Shown: one piece after another, positions 11,373 through 25,013 of the stretch
Numbering within the stretch: the stretch's first letter is position 1
Layout of the letters: each line of letters begins with the position of its first letter
Source: the human T2T-CHM13v2.0 reference genome, Homo sapiens
Assembly: GCF_009914755.1 (NCBI RefSeq)
Contig: NC_060928.1
Length of the DNA: 64,000 nt
Reading direction: 5' to 3' (one strand)
Program-made: the position numbers and the translations under genes
Notes under the pieces: generated by a model
What the model was told of the DNA's origin: nothing
The model's database searches: none
Seen by the model: the letters and a program-made list of their open reading frames with translations, nothing else

Positions 11373-14343
11373 CTCTGTTGAAAAAAATGAAAGCTGGTTG
11401 CTGCATTGAACAATATCAAAAATTTATTATTTGGAGAAATTTTCTAATATCTGTGTCTCTAAAATATGGGTCAGTGACGTTTTTGGGGAGCAAAGTTCTT
11501 GGAGATTTAACATGTCATGATAAATCTGGGTCTTTATATACTTGTGAAATGTTTCAATCCATAAACCAGAAAATTGGATACTTACTTTGATTAACATTTC
11601 TGTAATGGCACAAAGATTTGCTAAGAAAGCATCTTTGAAGACTGGCATTTTGGCTGTATTGATGCATAAAATTTTCTAACCATATATCTACTATATTGCT
11701 TATCTTATTTAAGTAAAACTATTCCAAAAGTTATTTTATATAACACAAGGTCAAACTATGCTGACAAAAATCATTACTCACTTCATACACATGTTATTGA
11801 AGGTAATATCTGTTTAATTCTATTCTATATCCTAAGCATTTTGCAAAACACATAGCAATGTATATTTGAACCCAAGCTGAAAGTGAAACATCAGTTTATA
11901 AAGATGAGCTTCCTCAAATTTGTATGTCATAATTACATATTAGAAGTGCAATGAAGTACAAATAAAATGAATAATTTATAGTTAGTGTCAATGCAGTTAA
12001 TGAAAATGTCCGAAGCAAAGTGTTTAAATCATAACTAATCCTGCGGGGCTCATGGCCTTCACCTATGCTTTAGAAAATGGATAAATGCCATCTCCTGGAA
12101 TGGCCTCCTTGGAAATTATTCTTTGGAAGATGAGGCCCCAGACTGTGCTGGGGTTACCTCTAGAATTTGGGGGACATTGGCACTCATAGACTGCTTCCCA
12201 CAGAGGAACTGGAGCATTCATCATTCTACTGGACCTCTGCTTAGCATATTCTGGGTATATATCAGCATGGGTGCAGAAGACCAACTACACGTAGAGGGAA
12301 AACAATCAAATAAAATATAAAAAGATGCTTGGTTTTATAAAGCAGTAAATATAGTCTTCTATTCCTAGTATATGTTTGCAAAAATATTGTTTTAAAAATC
12401 AGATCTACATAGAAAGCTGCACAGAATGGACAATAATGGGTACTCAGCAGACCCAGGCAGGGCCTGCCTTCTTGGCTGGCTATTTATTTATTTATTTATT
12501 AGCTTGGATATTCTTCTCTCTTGCTGCTGAAACTGCCTCTAAAAGCAAATTCCATTCACATCTTCGCTTGATAGATGCAGTCAGAATGGCAGGCGAGAAA
12601 GAACTATCAGAGTTCAAGGAGAATACTAATGCCTCTTCATATATACAGGCACATTTTCACATCATGTGAATATTGTATGAAGATGTCACAAATTATATGT
12701 TCACATGTACATATATTATCATTTTCACATGAAAATGAAATATGTCTTATCTCACACAGGAGAAATGAAAGTCAAATGCGTAGTTTGCCATCTACTCCAT
12801 TACTTGGGGCTTTCTATAAAATGAGCTCTCTAAACCTGTATTTTCAACTGAATAATCTCAAGAGGTAACACAACTGCATACTTTTTTTTCTTTTACCATC
12901 CATGCTGATACTTGAATGAAATGATTAATAATTTGGCTGTATTTTGAATATTTTCTATATTTCTTTTTTCTCTCTCATTCATGGAAATTTTCAGAATATT
13001 CTCAAATAAAGAAAGCATGCTGAAAAAAAGTTACACTAGAATATTGCTCCTTCTAGCCCCATAGAATTTAGCAGAGTTTTGCACATAATAGAAAAGCAAA
13101 ATTTTAAAAATGGAAGAGTCATAGTCTCCTAATTGTATTCCTTCATTTTACACAGGAGAAAATTTAAGCTTATATATAGTATATGACTTTGCTAAAAGTC
13201 ACCTTAATGTAAAGTCACATATTAGAGTGAGCATCCAGCTCTCAGTGTTCCAGGGCAGGATTATTTCTAGTGCAGTTCTTTTTTATTTAAAACCGAAAAC
13301 AAATAAACTAAAAAATCCTAATGGAACAATAACAATAAAAATGCCTTCTCTATGCCTTAAACTCAGATAAGTAGACAAATATTATACCTTAATTATGATA
13401 AAATAAATAAATGTAAGAAAATAATATGTGTGGGATGGGGGTATAAAATGATTTATGTTTCTTTAAAAATATGTGTGGAGTTGATATTCATAATCTGATA
13501 TATGGTGACTTAACAGAAGACCAGGTATCAGTGGCATGTGATACGCACATAGTGTGCTCAGAACATTTTACATCTTGTGCAGAGGAAGGTAGAACCATTT
13601 TGTTTAAAGAAAACCCAGAGGATTTTAGAAAATTACCTAAAGACTGCTGAGCTGTCAGCAAAAATTTAAGGCTTCCAGGAAAAGTCTGTCATTTATCTGT
13701 AAAACACCCATCTACCACTGCCTGCAGCATAAAGGACAAACTTCTTAGCGTTATCCATGCAACCTTCGTTAATCTTTCCCAACATGCCCAGTTGCTTTTC
13801 TCCCCAATCACTTCAACAGAACCTATGCTTTAGCAGTCCTCAAGAACTTTTAGTTCCTAGAAGATACCATTGCACATGTCATTCCTTCTGTTGGCAATAT
13901 CCTTCCAAGACATCAATCATAGATGGTTACAGAAGATATTGCAGAGAATATGAAGAATTGGAAACATAATCAAGTGCAAAATCAGTAAACACTATTCAGG
14001 AGATAAGATGCAGATTGTGATCCAAGCTTTATAATTATTTTGTAGGGGAATCAGCAAAAAGCTTGAGAAGTAGATAGTACAAGGCAGGGAGCTATTTTTT
14101 TTAAAAAAAATCCCTCCCTGCCTGTTTGAGTATCTTCTAGTTAACACATACATACTAGTTGCAGTCACATAACATATAATTTAATTTTCATAATAACCCT
14201 AAGATATAGGGGCTAATAAGTCTTTTTTGAAGACCAGGAAGCCAAGTGTAAAGCATCATACCTAGTAATCAGCAGAACCAGACACCAAATCCCAGTCATT
14301 GTTGAAATAATTGTAACCTTAAAAATTATTTAATGTTTATCAC

Positions 14344-14697
14344 TGTATTAGTCTGTTCTCATGCTGCTAATAAAGACATACCCAAGTCTGGGTTATTTAT
14401 AAAGGAAAGAGTTTTAATGGACTCACAGTTCTACATGGCTGGGGAGGACTCACAATCATGGCAGAAGGCAAAGGAGAAGCAAAGGCACATCTTACATGGA
14501 GGCAGGCAAGAGAGTGTGTGCAGGGGAACTCCCATTTATAAAACCATCAGATCTTATGAGACTTATTCACTACCACAAGAACAGTATGAGATAAACTGCC
14601 CTCATGATTCAATGTTCCACCTGTCCCTGCCCTTGATATGTGGGGATTATTACAATTAAAGGTGAGATTTGGGTGGGGACACAGCCAAACCGTATCA
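14344..14697 (-). mobile_element. THE1B/C MaLR solo LTR with 5-bp TSD
   Basis: tgtattagtctgttctcatgctgctaataaagacatacc...cagccaaaccgtatca; TSD ATCAC at 14339-14343 and 14698-14702. Confidence 0.95.
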
Positions 14698-15139
14698 ATC
14701 ACATTTTTAAAACACAGGTCATGCATTCATGTTAATACGTACAAGTACTTCAAACCTTCTTTTCACAGCAAATAGTTATTTAGTTGGTAGAGAGTTTTAT
14801 AGAAAATTTGGCTCTGCATGCAAACAGGGCCTCACAGAGTGACAGCACACAGACAGTTGTTAGAAAATCCCAGCATCTGATCCACAGCTTTGCAGATTTT
14901 ATGATTGAAATTGGTAATAAAACAAAATGGATTAGCCTTTGAGACTGATCAAGGTTATTGACATTCACAAGTGTCTGATATATACACTTCTGAATTATTC
15001 ATTTACATTTACAATTAGAAATACAACTATCAAGCAGACCAGAAATGTTATGGGCATTATTCTCTACTTGTTCTCTTTGTAGGCAAATCTACAAATTACA
15101 ATCAGAACTTTGTTTCATGAAAATGGAGTTAAGTCAGTG

Positions 15140-15680
15140 ATAATAGGAAGGGCAACTACAATGCTCCATGCATTGTGCTAAGCTGCATATTGCTAAACTC
15201 TATATTTGCATTATTTTATTTAGTTTTTATAATGTTATTATGTGAATATTTTATAGATAAAGAATGGGAGACTCAGAGAGTTTAAGTAATTTGCCTACAT
15301 TTACATAGCCAATAAGGATTAGAGCCAGATTTTAAATCTAAATTTATTTAACTTCAGAGAAATAGATCTTAATCATGACCCAGTGCTGCCTACCAAACAT
15401 GATATAAGCTCCTTGAAGTCAGGGAGAATCATAACAACATTAACAGCTCCCAATGGAGGAGTGTCTCTCATATGCCTTACACTTTCATTCATCCTCTATG
15501 ACTCACTCTAACTCTCATATCAACCCTGTTATATAGATACTCTTATCATCATTTTACAGAAAATAAGACAGAAGCTCGAATATGAAATCTAAGCCCATAT
15601 TGCTGACAAGTAGCAAGATTAGAGAGCACTTAATTCCTGACTTTGAAGCTTGCAGTCATTCTCTTGCTGTATGCTATAAT
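15140..15680 (-). mobile_element. Two adjacent MIR remnants
   Basis: ttttatagataaag...gactcagagagtttaagtaatttgcct and cattttacaga...gacagaag cores. Confidence 0.6.
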
Positions 15681-15842
15681 TCCAAGCCAGGCATTCTTAT
15701 CAGAGGGACAGGTGGAGATCATTGAATCATAATCAAGGTTCATTGTTGTGAACTTTAAAATAGTTAATAACTATATTCAAATATTAACTATTTTAAAGTT
15801 CAAAGTTTGAAGAACTCTAAAATAGTATTATCTATTTTAAAA

Positions 15843-15968
15843 AACCTATTAAAGAAGGAAAAGTACCAGGAATCCTGGAAAAATTAATCTTGTTGCCCTG
15901 CAATCAGAGCCAGCCAGGAAAAGAAGCAGTACACAGAGTCAGAAACAGCTACATGTGAAAAATCACAT
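15843..15968 (+). repeat. 126-bp dispersed direct duplicate of 16797-16922
   Basis: Ungapped, 116/126 identical by manual alignment. Confidence 0.95.
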
Positions 15969-17521
15969 AGTATTAACTATTTTAAAGTTCATAACAATCC
16001 AATCAGTGCACGTCTATAAGTATTCACATTTCCTAGATAGGTAAGCTTAGTGAGAAGTTAAATAATCTGTCCACAGTCTCACAACTAGCAAGTGGTGTCC
16101 CTGTAAAACAGACCAGGCAGTCTGGCTCCAAAGTCCTACACTCTATTGAATGATCTTAATAAGAAATGACAACTAGTTTTATGGCCTGATGCATTCAAAT
16201 TCATTCTAGAAATATTTATCCATGGGCAACAGAATGTCTCCCCAATACAGAGATAAGAAAAATGATGCAAAGTAAATGTATTCCTAAAGAGCAAGACTAT
16301 TTTTGTAGTTGTAGTTGTTGTTGTTGTTGTAGAACATGGTGGGGTACAATGGAGATGCTTGGACCAAAGCTTGACTACCTACCCTAATTTCAGTCTTGCC
16401 TCCTTAAGACTTGATCTCTATCAGTTTGATGGAATTTGAGTATGCATAAAAAAGATGTATTGTGGTCAACAGAAGCAATCAAGAAGGGCAGAAATAAAGC
16501 GGAGTTGTGAAGAGCTACATGTGCAAGTCCTGAAAATATCATTGTGTCTGGGTGAGATTCAAAAAGAAGGAGAACAAAAACAGTTCCCCAATGGGATGTG
16601 CTTTAGAAAGCCAGGTGAGGCTGAAGACATGACTCAGGCATCCTTGTTGTAAAACTGGCTTTGAGGTAACACATAGTAGTGAGCGTGGACTTCCATGGTT
16701 CATACATAAGAAGATTCTGTGGAAACTAGATATTTTAATCAATTCTAAACTTAATAGGAGAGCTGTCACCAGATGTAACTTCTACCAAAAGAGAGGAACC
16801 TATTAAAGAAGGAAAAGTACCAGGAACCCTGGAAAAATTAATCATGTTTCCCCGCAGTCAGAGCTAGCCAGGAAAAGTAACAGTACACAGAATCAGAAAC
16901 AGCTAGATGTGAAAAATCACATTACAGAAAGCTTAGAGAAAGAATGGCTAGGAGATCAGATAACAATAAAATGAAAATGCCACAAAAGAAAAGAGAAACT
17001 GTCAAAATGGACTTCAGACAACACAATCACAGATGGTGCTGATAAAGAAGAAAATGGGCATCCAAAGAGATCAGCACAGCAGCCCAAGGAGCTAGCAATA
17101 AATGTGAGAACATGGAAAATGATGAAAGTAGAGGTATATAAGTAAGAATGATAATGGAAGAATAATATAGACACCTAAAAAAATTGACAGTGAGTTTAAA
17201 GCAAGAATGGAGTTGAGAAAAATTCCAAAGGTGTTTTAAAAATCATGCGTAATACAAGAAAGATAATAAAAAGAGGAAACTCTGCTACTTGGGGCTGAGG
17301 ATGACATATTAACAATGGCCAAGGGAAAGCAGTAGGCACTATTTTACTCCATTTAGCCTCCTCCTTAGACAGCAAAGAAGATAATGTTCACAGTAGCAAG
17401 AAAATGAGCCCCATGTATAAGAGTAGGCACCTACAAACTTTGATAACATCCAGTATTATTGTGAGGACTTGAAATTGACATTGTTGAATTATCGATGGTT
17501 TATTCATGTTATTGAATAAAT

Positions 17522-17563
17522 GTACACACAAGCACACACATGCACACACACACACACACACAT
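17522..17563. repeat. (CA)n-rich microsatellite
   Basis: Directly visible. Confidence 0.9.
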
Positions 17564-18187
17564 ATGCCAGACACTGTATTAAGTAATTTACAATTATTAA
17601 CTTATTTTATTTTTAAAGCAACTCTACAAAGTTGATGATCTTTCTACCATTATGGAGAATAGAAAATAGATATTAAATATGAGGATAACTTTTTTCCCAA
17701 GATCTACTTGTCCAGTAACACTAAGCCTTTTAAATGAGGTTCTTTGGCATAACTTGTTTTCGTTGAATTCATGTTGCATGAAAGAATCTTATTTATTTTT
17801 CATAATTTCTTATAATTTAAATTGCACTAATCAGTTGAATAATCTTATGCTGTTTAGACATTAAACTGACTAATTATTGAGAAATAAAGATTATGTCACA
17901 GAAGCTAAGAATGACAGACTTGTCAAGCTACAGAAAGGACTAAATGTAAGATGAAACAGGAAAGAAGCAAATTTTTTTGAGGGAAAGAATCCCATAATTC
18001 TGGTAGAAAAGATTGAGTGTTCCCTGAGGACAAAGATTATACATTACCAATCCCTGTATCACCATTATCGTATACAGTGACAGTGATTTATAGCTCAAAA
18101 ATTAGGACTTTTAAACACTTAACGTGATTTTAAACTACGCTAAAGTAGGTATAAAGTTCAGATTATTTACTCCCCTGGGGTGGCTCA

Positions 18188-18190
<3 letters not shown>

Positions 18191-18235
<45 letters not shown>

Positions 18236-18360
18236 CTTTATGTATATGTAATATTTATGTATATGTATATGTAGTCTTTATGTATATGTAATATTTATAT
18301 ATGAAGATTTATATATATATTTTATAAATAAGATATATATATATATAATATATATAAAAT
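18191..18360. repeat. (GT)21 followed by TA-rich low-complexity tandem
   Basis: (GT)21 at 18191-18232; tctttatgtatatgtaatatttat repeated. Confidence 0.9.
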
Positions 18361-18671
18361 GTTCAATAAGGCCTGTAAAGTGACCCTAGACATATTGTGT
18401 TGAAGACCTAAATGCCTACTAGATATTTTTGCCTGGTTGCCCCCTGAGTGTGTGAAACTGAGCTTATTTTTAAATTTCCTCCACAACTTATTTCTTCTAG
18501 ATATTCTACATTTATAAATCAGGACAATTATTGTCATTATTATTATTATCATCAACATGTAAAAACCTCAATGATTTAATGCAAGAGAGGTATATTTCTT
18601 GCTCATGCTTATAAGGCTACTCTGGGGAGAGTGTTTTCTCCTCTCCTCAACATTCTTATTCCTGGATCCAG

Positions 18672-19200
18672 ACTGTTTCCATTACTTACTACTGTGGAAC
18701 AAACCACCCCAACACTTGGTGGTTTTGACATAACAGTGCTATTATGACTTCTTATGGTTCTGTGGGAGGAATGGGCTCAGTGAGGGGGGTTTCCACTCCA
18801 TTTGATGTCTGCTGGGATTGCTGTCATCTGACACCTTGGTTGAGCTGGATTGTCCAACATTGGTCACTTGTGTGATTGGCAGTTAATACTGAATGTTGAC
18901 TGGGGGCTCCAGTGGGGCTGTCTGCTGGACAGCCTTCATGGAGTCTGTTTACGTGGATTGGGTTTCTCACAGCACAGCTGAAGAATTTGCAGAGGCCATA
19001 TCTCAAGAGCAAGTGTTCCAAGAGGGAGGAAGTGGAAGATGCCAATACTCTTTAAGACTACACCTGAAATTGGCACAGCATCATTTCTGCTATGTCCTCT
19101 TAGTTAAGCAATCGATCTTGTGATTCACGAACTGGAAAAACAAACTCCACTTCTTTATCAGGAGAAGTAAAAGAATGTGTGGCCACCTTTAGTCCATAGA
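18672..19200 (-). mobile_element. MLT1G/H-like MaLR LTR, probably nested in an older MLT1
   Basis: aacaaaccacccc...ggttctgtggg...tggcacagcatcatttctgc...aaagaatgtgtggccacc. Confidence 0.7.
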
Positions 19201-19849
19201 CTGAAAAAACAGCCACTATCTAGAATTTGCTTGTAATTTTATCAGTTTAAGAAAGAGAGCTCTGCAGGACCTCGCATCAGCAAAAAATATATTTGCCCTG
19301 AAAGTGACACATTTTACTTCAACTCACAATTCCTTGGCCAAAATTGGTCCAATACCTACATGCTACCACAGAATGCAAGAAAGTATGATCCTACTACAGA
19401 TCTTCAGAGAACAGCAAAAGAATGTAACTCCAGTTTGTCTCTTACTCTCAAAATCCGCTGGTGCCCTCATTAATTATTACCCAGAACATCACAAAGACTG
19501 ACTTGTCTCTCTTCCTCTAGCTGAGCTTCTTTCTAATTTATTTTACAAACCTGACCCAGAAAGAAAGAACACTGTAAAATATAAACATTATTGTTTAAAA
19601 ATCACATAAAATCATAAACATATAAAACCCGTATAAATATAAACTTACCTACTTATCATCTTTCACTAACTCACCACATTTGTTGAGCACCTCCAATGGG
19701 TAAGACACTGTGCTACTTCTTGCCATCACAAATTTTACATTTTTAATTTTGTCCCTCTGCCATTGTTATCAAGTATAGAATACTTAATATGATTCATAAA
19801 GTATATAAAAACAAGGGCCCTGGCCTAGTTCTCCAGCTTCATTTTAGGA

Positions 19850-22420
19850 TAAGCAATTTTATTTCTTGCTGTTCTTGTTAATTTAGCTTAGTTCTTTTAT
19901 GATTATTTTTTTCTCAAAGAATAAATTTTTTTTTCAATTATTCATTCTACTTTAAGAACCACTAATTTTTGGTGTCTGCTTTTATTACCATTTGTTTCAT
20001 TTATGGAAAATGCTTTTATGATTTTTTTCTAAGTTACTGAATTGAATGCTTACTTCATGTATTTTTATTCTAACTCTCCTAATCATAAAGGCATTTATAA
20101 AATGAATTAAACAGTTATGAAAACTTTGGCTGCCTCTCATATTTTTATATGTTGTAGATTCATTCTAATTATGTACAAAATTATTTATAGTAGCATTTTA
20201 TTAAAACATAACGTGTAAACAAAAAAAGTTGTACAAGAAAGACAGAAATCACTGAAATTCCATTTCTATAACTTTGATACATATTTTTTCATCAGAATCA
20301 GCTATCTTGTTCATATTTTTGAGTAATATGGGGTCAAACATTTACATTATTTTGCAATTATTTTTATGTACAAGCATTTTGGAACAGTTTTTATGACAAC
20401 AAATATGTGTGTGCTTTGTGTGTCTTTTTATTTCTTTTATTTCTTTATAAGGACAAATGACTATTTGTCTCTAAGGTACTAAGGTTGATTTTAATTTTTT
20501 CACTAATGAAAATAATTTGGAATATCTATATTTAAATTCTTATATGGCCTGTTTTCAATTTTTTTTATGTTTTTATAGCTAGGATTTAGGGATCAAATGA
20601 TATTTAAGTCTGAAGGTTTTTCATATTAAGTAATCATTTTCCCTCTTACAGGTTATAACAATTTACTCTCCCACTAACAAAAAATGAAAATGTCTCTTTT
20701 CTCACCTATCAAACTATATTATCCTGCTTTTTAATTTTTACCAAACTGACAGGTTGAAAAGTATGTACATTTCTTTGATTACTAATGCCACTGATTATTT
20801 TGCCTTAGCTAATTATTTATTTCATTATTTATGCATATTTTTCTTATTAATTCAAGAGGACTCCATGAATTAAAAAATAATTTAATTATTAACTCCATGA
20901 ATTAAAAAATATTCTGTCATATATGTTGAAAATATTTATTCCCAATTTTTTCATTTTTCTTTAAATTTTTCCTATTTTTGGGGGAAGTTTTGAATGTTTT
21001 ATGTTATCAAACTATTAATTTTCCTTTTTATAGTTTCTGCTCTGGCTGTTATATTTAGAAAGGTCTTTCTTTTGGTTTCCAAGTTTATTTTATTTATATT
21101 GCTACAAAATATTTCATTATTTTGCAGCAATATAGTTTATATTAAAATTTATATTGCTACAAAATATTGCTACAAAATATTTTGTTATTTTGCAGCAATA
21201 TAGTTTATATTAAAATGTTTTTCTTTAAATATGTAAAGGATCTTGATTATGTTTGATGTAGGTGTGAAATAGGAATCCAGCTTTATTTTATCTGTCACAA
21301 CTTGGTTGTTCAAAAGTCACTAATTGAGTAATCCATTCCTTCCCACCTTTTTGTATAATAAAAATTTCATTTTGTGTTTGTGCTATATATATTTTGTTTT
21401 ATTGACCTATTTTGATGCAAATCATATAAAGTTTTTACTGCAGAAACTTTGTGATATATTCTAATTACAATTTTGGTAAGGTAAATCCAATATATTTTTC
21501 TTTTTCAAAATATTATTATTCTTTTTTATTTTAAAGGAGCTTTATAATTAATGATGTTTACAAACAAAGTCTTTAAGATAGTTTCATTGGACTTATCAAA
21601 TTTGTAGATCAATTTTGGAGAAAAATGGCATCTTCAAAGTATTTCTTCTTCTAATTTAGAAAGAGGACACTAACCTGGGTATTCCAGATAGGCAATTATA
21701 TCCTCAGTAAGAAATTATGTCTTTAGTTCCTATATTAAATGTTTTGTTTTTATCAAGCTTTATTAGCTATTACTTTAAAAATATTAATTAACAGTAGCAA
21801 AAATGACTCTTTTCTTGTTCCTGATTTTAATGAGAATTGCTTCAGCATAAAATGATCATTTATTTTAAATTGGTACATTTTAATAAGTTAAGAAATTGTA
21901 CTTCTGTTTTTAAGTACTAATTGTTAAACAAATAAACAAATTGTATATACCAAAGAGAACATAGCATATTGGTAAGCATCCATGGAACATTGACCTTTAT
22001 ATTAGTAAATGAAATAACTGTAAATATTCTGAAATTCTGAGCATGTTAGAAAATAGATAAATGGGGAAAATTCACATTATCTGACCATAATGCAATAACT
22101 CTAGAAACTAATAAGAGATTTTAAAAAAGAAACAAAAAAGTGCTGATAAAACATTTAAATAAAGGTCTTGAAATTTTAAGAAAAGATTGGATTACATTGT
22201 ACCAAATTCTACTTCAGCATCTACCCAGATTTTTCTTCTTTGATCTAGTAATGAATCATATCTGGAACAAATAAGACTTAGTTACTACGTTATTTTTAAA
22301 AGTAATACTGAATTAAGTCTGCTACTACTATTAATACAGTTATTTTACATAAGGGAGGTTAATTTTCTGTTTTCTGCTATTTTTGTCAGGTTTTGAAGTC
22401 TGTTTTTATTGGCTGTATTT
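19850..22420 (-). mobile_element. Highly degraded old L1 (L1ME/MC-like) fragments
   Basis: T-rich antisense L1 motifs (aatttactctcccactaaca, ttgtagatcaattttggagaaaa, cttgttcctgattttaatg). Confidence 0.55.
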
Positions 22421-22441
22421 AACAATGGGAAGAAAGTTAAC

Positions 22442-23380
22442 TGTTGCCATGATAATGCTGTGTTCTCCATCACTCAATTAGCAGTTTAAGTAACACCATT
22501 TATTATTTATCATGAGTCTATGGTTGATGGGATGTTCTGCTGAACTGGATCAGGTTTGACTCACCTCAGCTGGGCTTGCTCATCATCTGTGGTCAACTGG
22601 CAAGTCACCTAAGATAGCTGATCTGGGATACCTTCAGCTGAGATAATTCATCCCTCTTTCAAATGTGTCTCTGACATCCTTCTTTCCAACAGGCTAGATC
22701 AGGCACACATCCTCACATGTCGTCAGGGGTCCAATAAAGTTAAACCATGCATGTGTCTTTTGAAACTTGTTTGCAATTTTTTCATTTTTTTTTTCATTTG
22801 AAAGTAATTTTTGTGAGTACATAGTAGGTGTATATATTTATGGGGTACATGAGATGTTTTCATCACAGGCATGCAATGTGAAATCAGCACATCATGGAGA
22901 ATGGGATATCCTTTCCCTCAAGCATTTATCATTTGAGCTACAAACAATCCAATCACATTCTTAGTTATTTTAAAATATGCAATGAAATTATTATTGATTA
23001 TATTCACCCTGTTGTGTTATCAAATAGTAGGTCTTATTCATTTTTTTCTGTAGCCATTAACCATCCCCATCTCTAGCCACCCGCTACTCTTCCCAGCCTC
23101 TGGTAACCATCCTTCTCTCTCTGTGACTATAAGTTCAATTGTTTTGATTTTTAGATCACAAATAAGTGAGAACATGTGATGTTTATCTTTCTGCGCCTGG
23201 CTCATTTCATTCAACATAATGATCTCTGGGCTTGGCTATGGTATTTGCTTAGCAAATGAAACAGTAGCTCCAACATCATGGATAGCGCTACTGTTTCATT
23301 TGCTAAGCGAATACCATAGCCAAGCCCAGAGTCAGTAATGGGAAGGCAGTAGGCATTACAAAAGGGCATAGATAAGGAAG

Positions 23381-23417
<37 letters not shown>

Positions 23418-23442
23418 GGTCAATAATACAATCAAGCCACCA
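22442..23442 (-). mobile_element. MLT1H-like LTR interrupted by an L1MA insertion
   Basis: ctcagctgggcttgctca...tctgtggtcaactgg on the left; gccaagcccagagtcagt...aaagggcat on the right. Confidence 0.7.
22780..23226 (-). mobile_element. 5'-truncated L1MA1-3-like 3' end
   Basis: tttttgtgagtacatagtaggtgtatatatttatggggtacatgagatgtttt is a typical L1MA1-3 3' UTR. Confidence 0.85.
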
Positions 23443-23449
23443 TTTGAAA

Positions 23450-24580
23450 CATCACTTCTTTTATATTCTCTGCAATCTCTTAAATAATATAGGAATTATC
23501 TGTTCCATATTACCTTTGCAAGTCTTCTTAAAGTCTTGACACGTAAATCTTCTTTAAAAATAGCTTTTAAAATTCATTAACAGAATTTCATTCCTAGACA
23601 TTTCTTAATGAGACAACTTCTTTATAGCTGCGATAATATTTTATTTCTACAGTTGTTTATTTTCTACTCTTAACTGGTCTTATAAGAAACTTGTTCATTT
23701 TACCAATGTTTTAAAAGAATCCGTTCTTGGATTTATTTATATTAGTGTTATGTTCCTTTTTTTCTAATGTATTCATTTCTTCCTTTTGCCTTTTGCTTTT
23801 ATGTATTCCATTCTCTATCTTGCGAAATAATGTATTCTAACCTTTCCAGCTTCTTGAATGGAATACTTAGTTCATTTATTTTAATTTTGTTGTGCTCAAT
23901 AATGATATTTTTAATTACTTGAATATTTCATCTGAGATCAATTTGGCTTTACCCCATAGGTCTGATATGTAGTGTCAGTATTTCTATTTTCTAAATATGT
24001 GAGATATCCTTTTTAAATGAATTTATATGGTGAAAATCCTTATTTAAATATTTTATCAGTAGTTTTAAAAATATATATCTGTTATTAATTTCTAGTATTG
24101 CATTGTGGTCAGATAATGTGAACTTTCCTATTTATTTTGTAACATGCTCAGAATTTCAAAATATTTACATGTGTTTTGTTGCAAATATAAGGTCAATGTT
24201 TCATCAATATTTAAGAGCATGCTATATTCTCTTTGGGATATCCAATTTGTTTTATAATTTGTAATTCAATTATATTATTTATGATATTTTTCATATACTT
24301 AATTTTTCACCTGTTATCAGTTATAGATGATTAGTGCCATTTTAAATTTTTTTTACTCCACATGCAATTTTGTCTATATTTTTTCTGTACTTCTCTTTGT
24401 CTATATTTCTTTGTTTTTCTTTGTATTTCTAAGATTTTCACATTGTATATTTGTGCTGCTTTTTTTAGTGTACAAAGTTTTATCAAATGTACTTTTATAA
24501 CATTTTGCATATTGAATAATTTTTCTCCAAATTCTATTTTATCTAATATAACCATTGCTATACTGGCTTCTTTTTTCTTT
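23450..24580 (-). mobile_element. Old L1M fragments
   Basis: attgcattgtggtcaga, tctattttatctaatataaccattgcta antisense ORF2 endonuclease-region motifs. Confidence 0.55.
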
Positions 24581-24589
24581 TTTCATTAC

Positions 24590-24845
24590 AATAGGTAACA
24601 CTTATTGACATCTATAGTGGGACATGCATAATTACTAAATTTTTTTACATGCAATAATTCATTTAGCCCTCAAGAGAACCTTATAAGGTATGATTATCAT
24701 CCCATTTACTGAGGGTTACAGTTGAGTGAAGCAGAGGGAATTTATGTAAGTTGTTCAAAGTCACAAAACTAGTAAGCAACTGAGCTGAAATTTGAACCCA
24801 AGCTCTCTGTCTCCAAACTGAGGTTTTGGCAACTATAGTCTGTTG
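24590..24845 (-). mobile_element. MIR SINE
   Basis: attatcatcccattt...aaagtcacaaaactagtaag...gaaatttgaacccaag. Confidence 0.75.
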
Positions 24846-24980
24846 CTTCTTTATAAATATGCTGCTTGGTCTTGTAAGAAGTAAGCTATTTTTCTCTCTT
24901 GTTAAATTTGCTCAGTCTTTTCAGGGCTGTATGAAGTCTACAAATGAGCCCATCAAAGGCTCTTTTTAAATGTTACTGTG

Positions 24981-25013
<33 letters not shown>

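Noticed and set aside
15742-15998. CRISPR-like array or active MITE interpretation
   Set aside because: Eukaryotic context, repeats are inverted and irregular, no cas genes, no TSD; better explained as a templated insertion.
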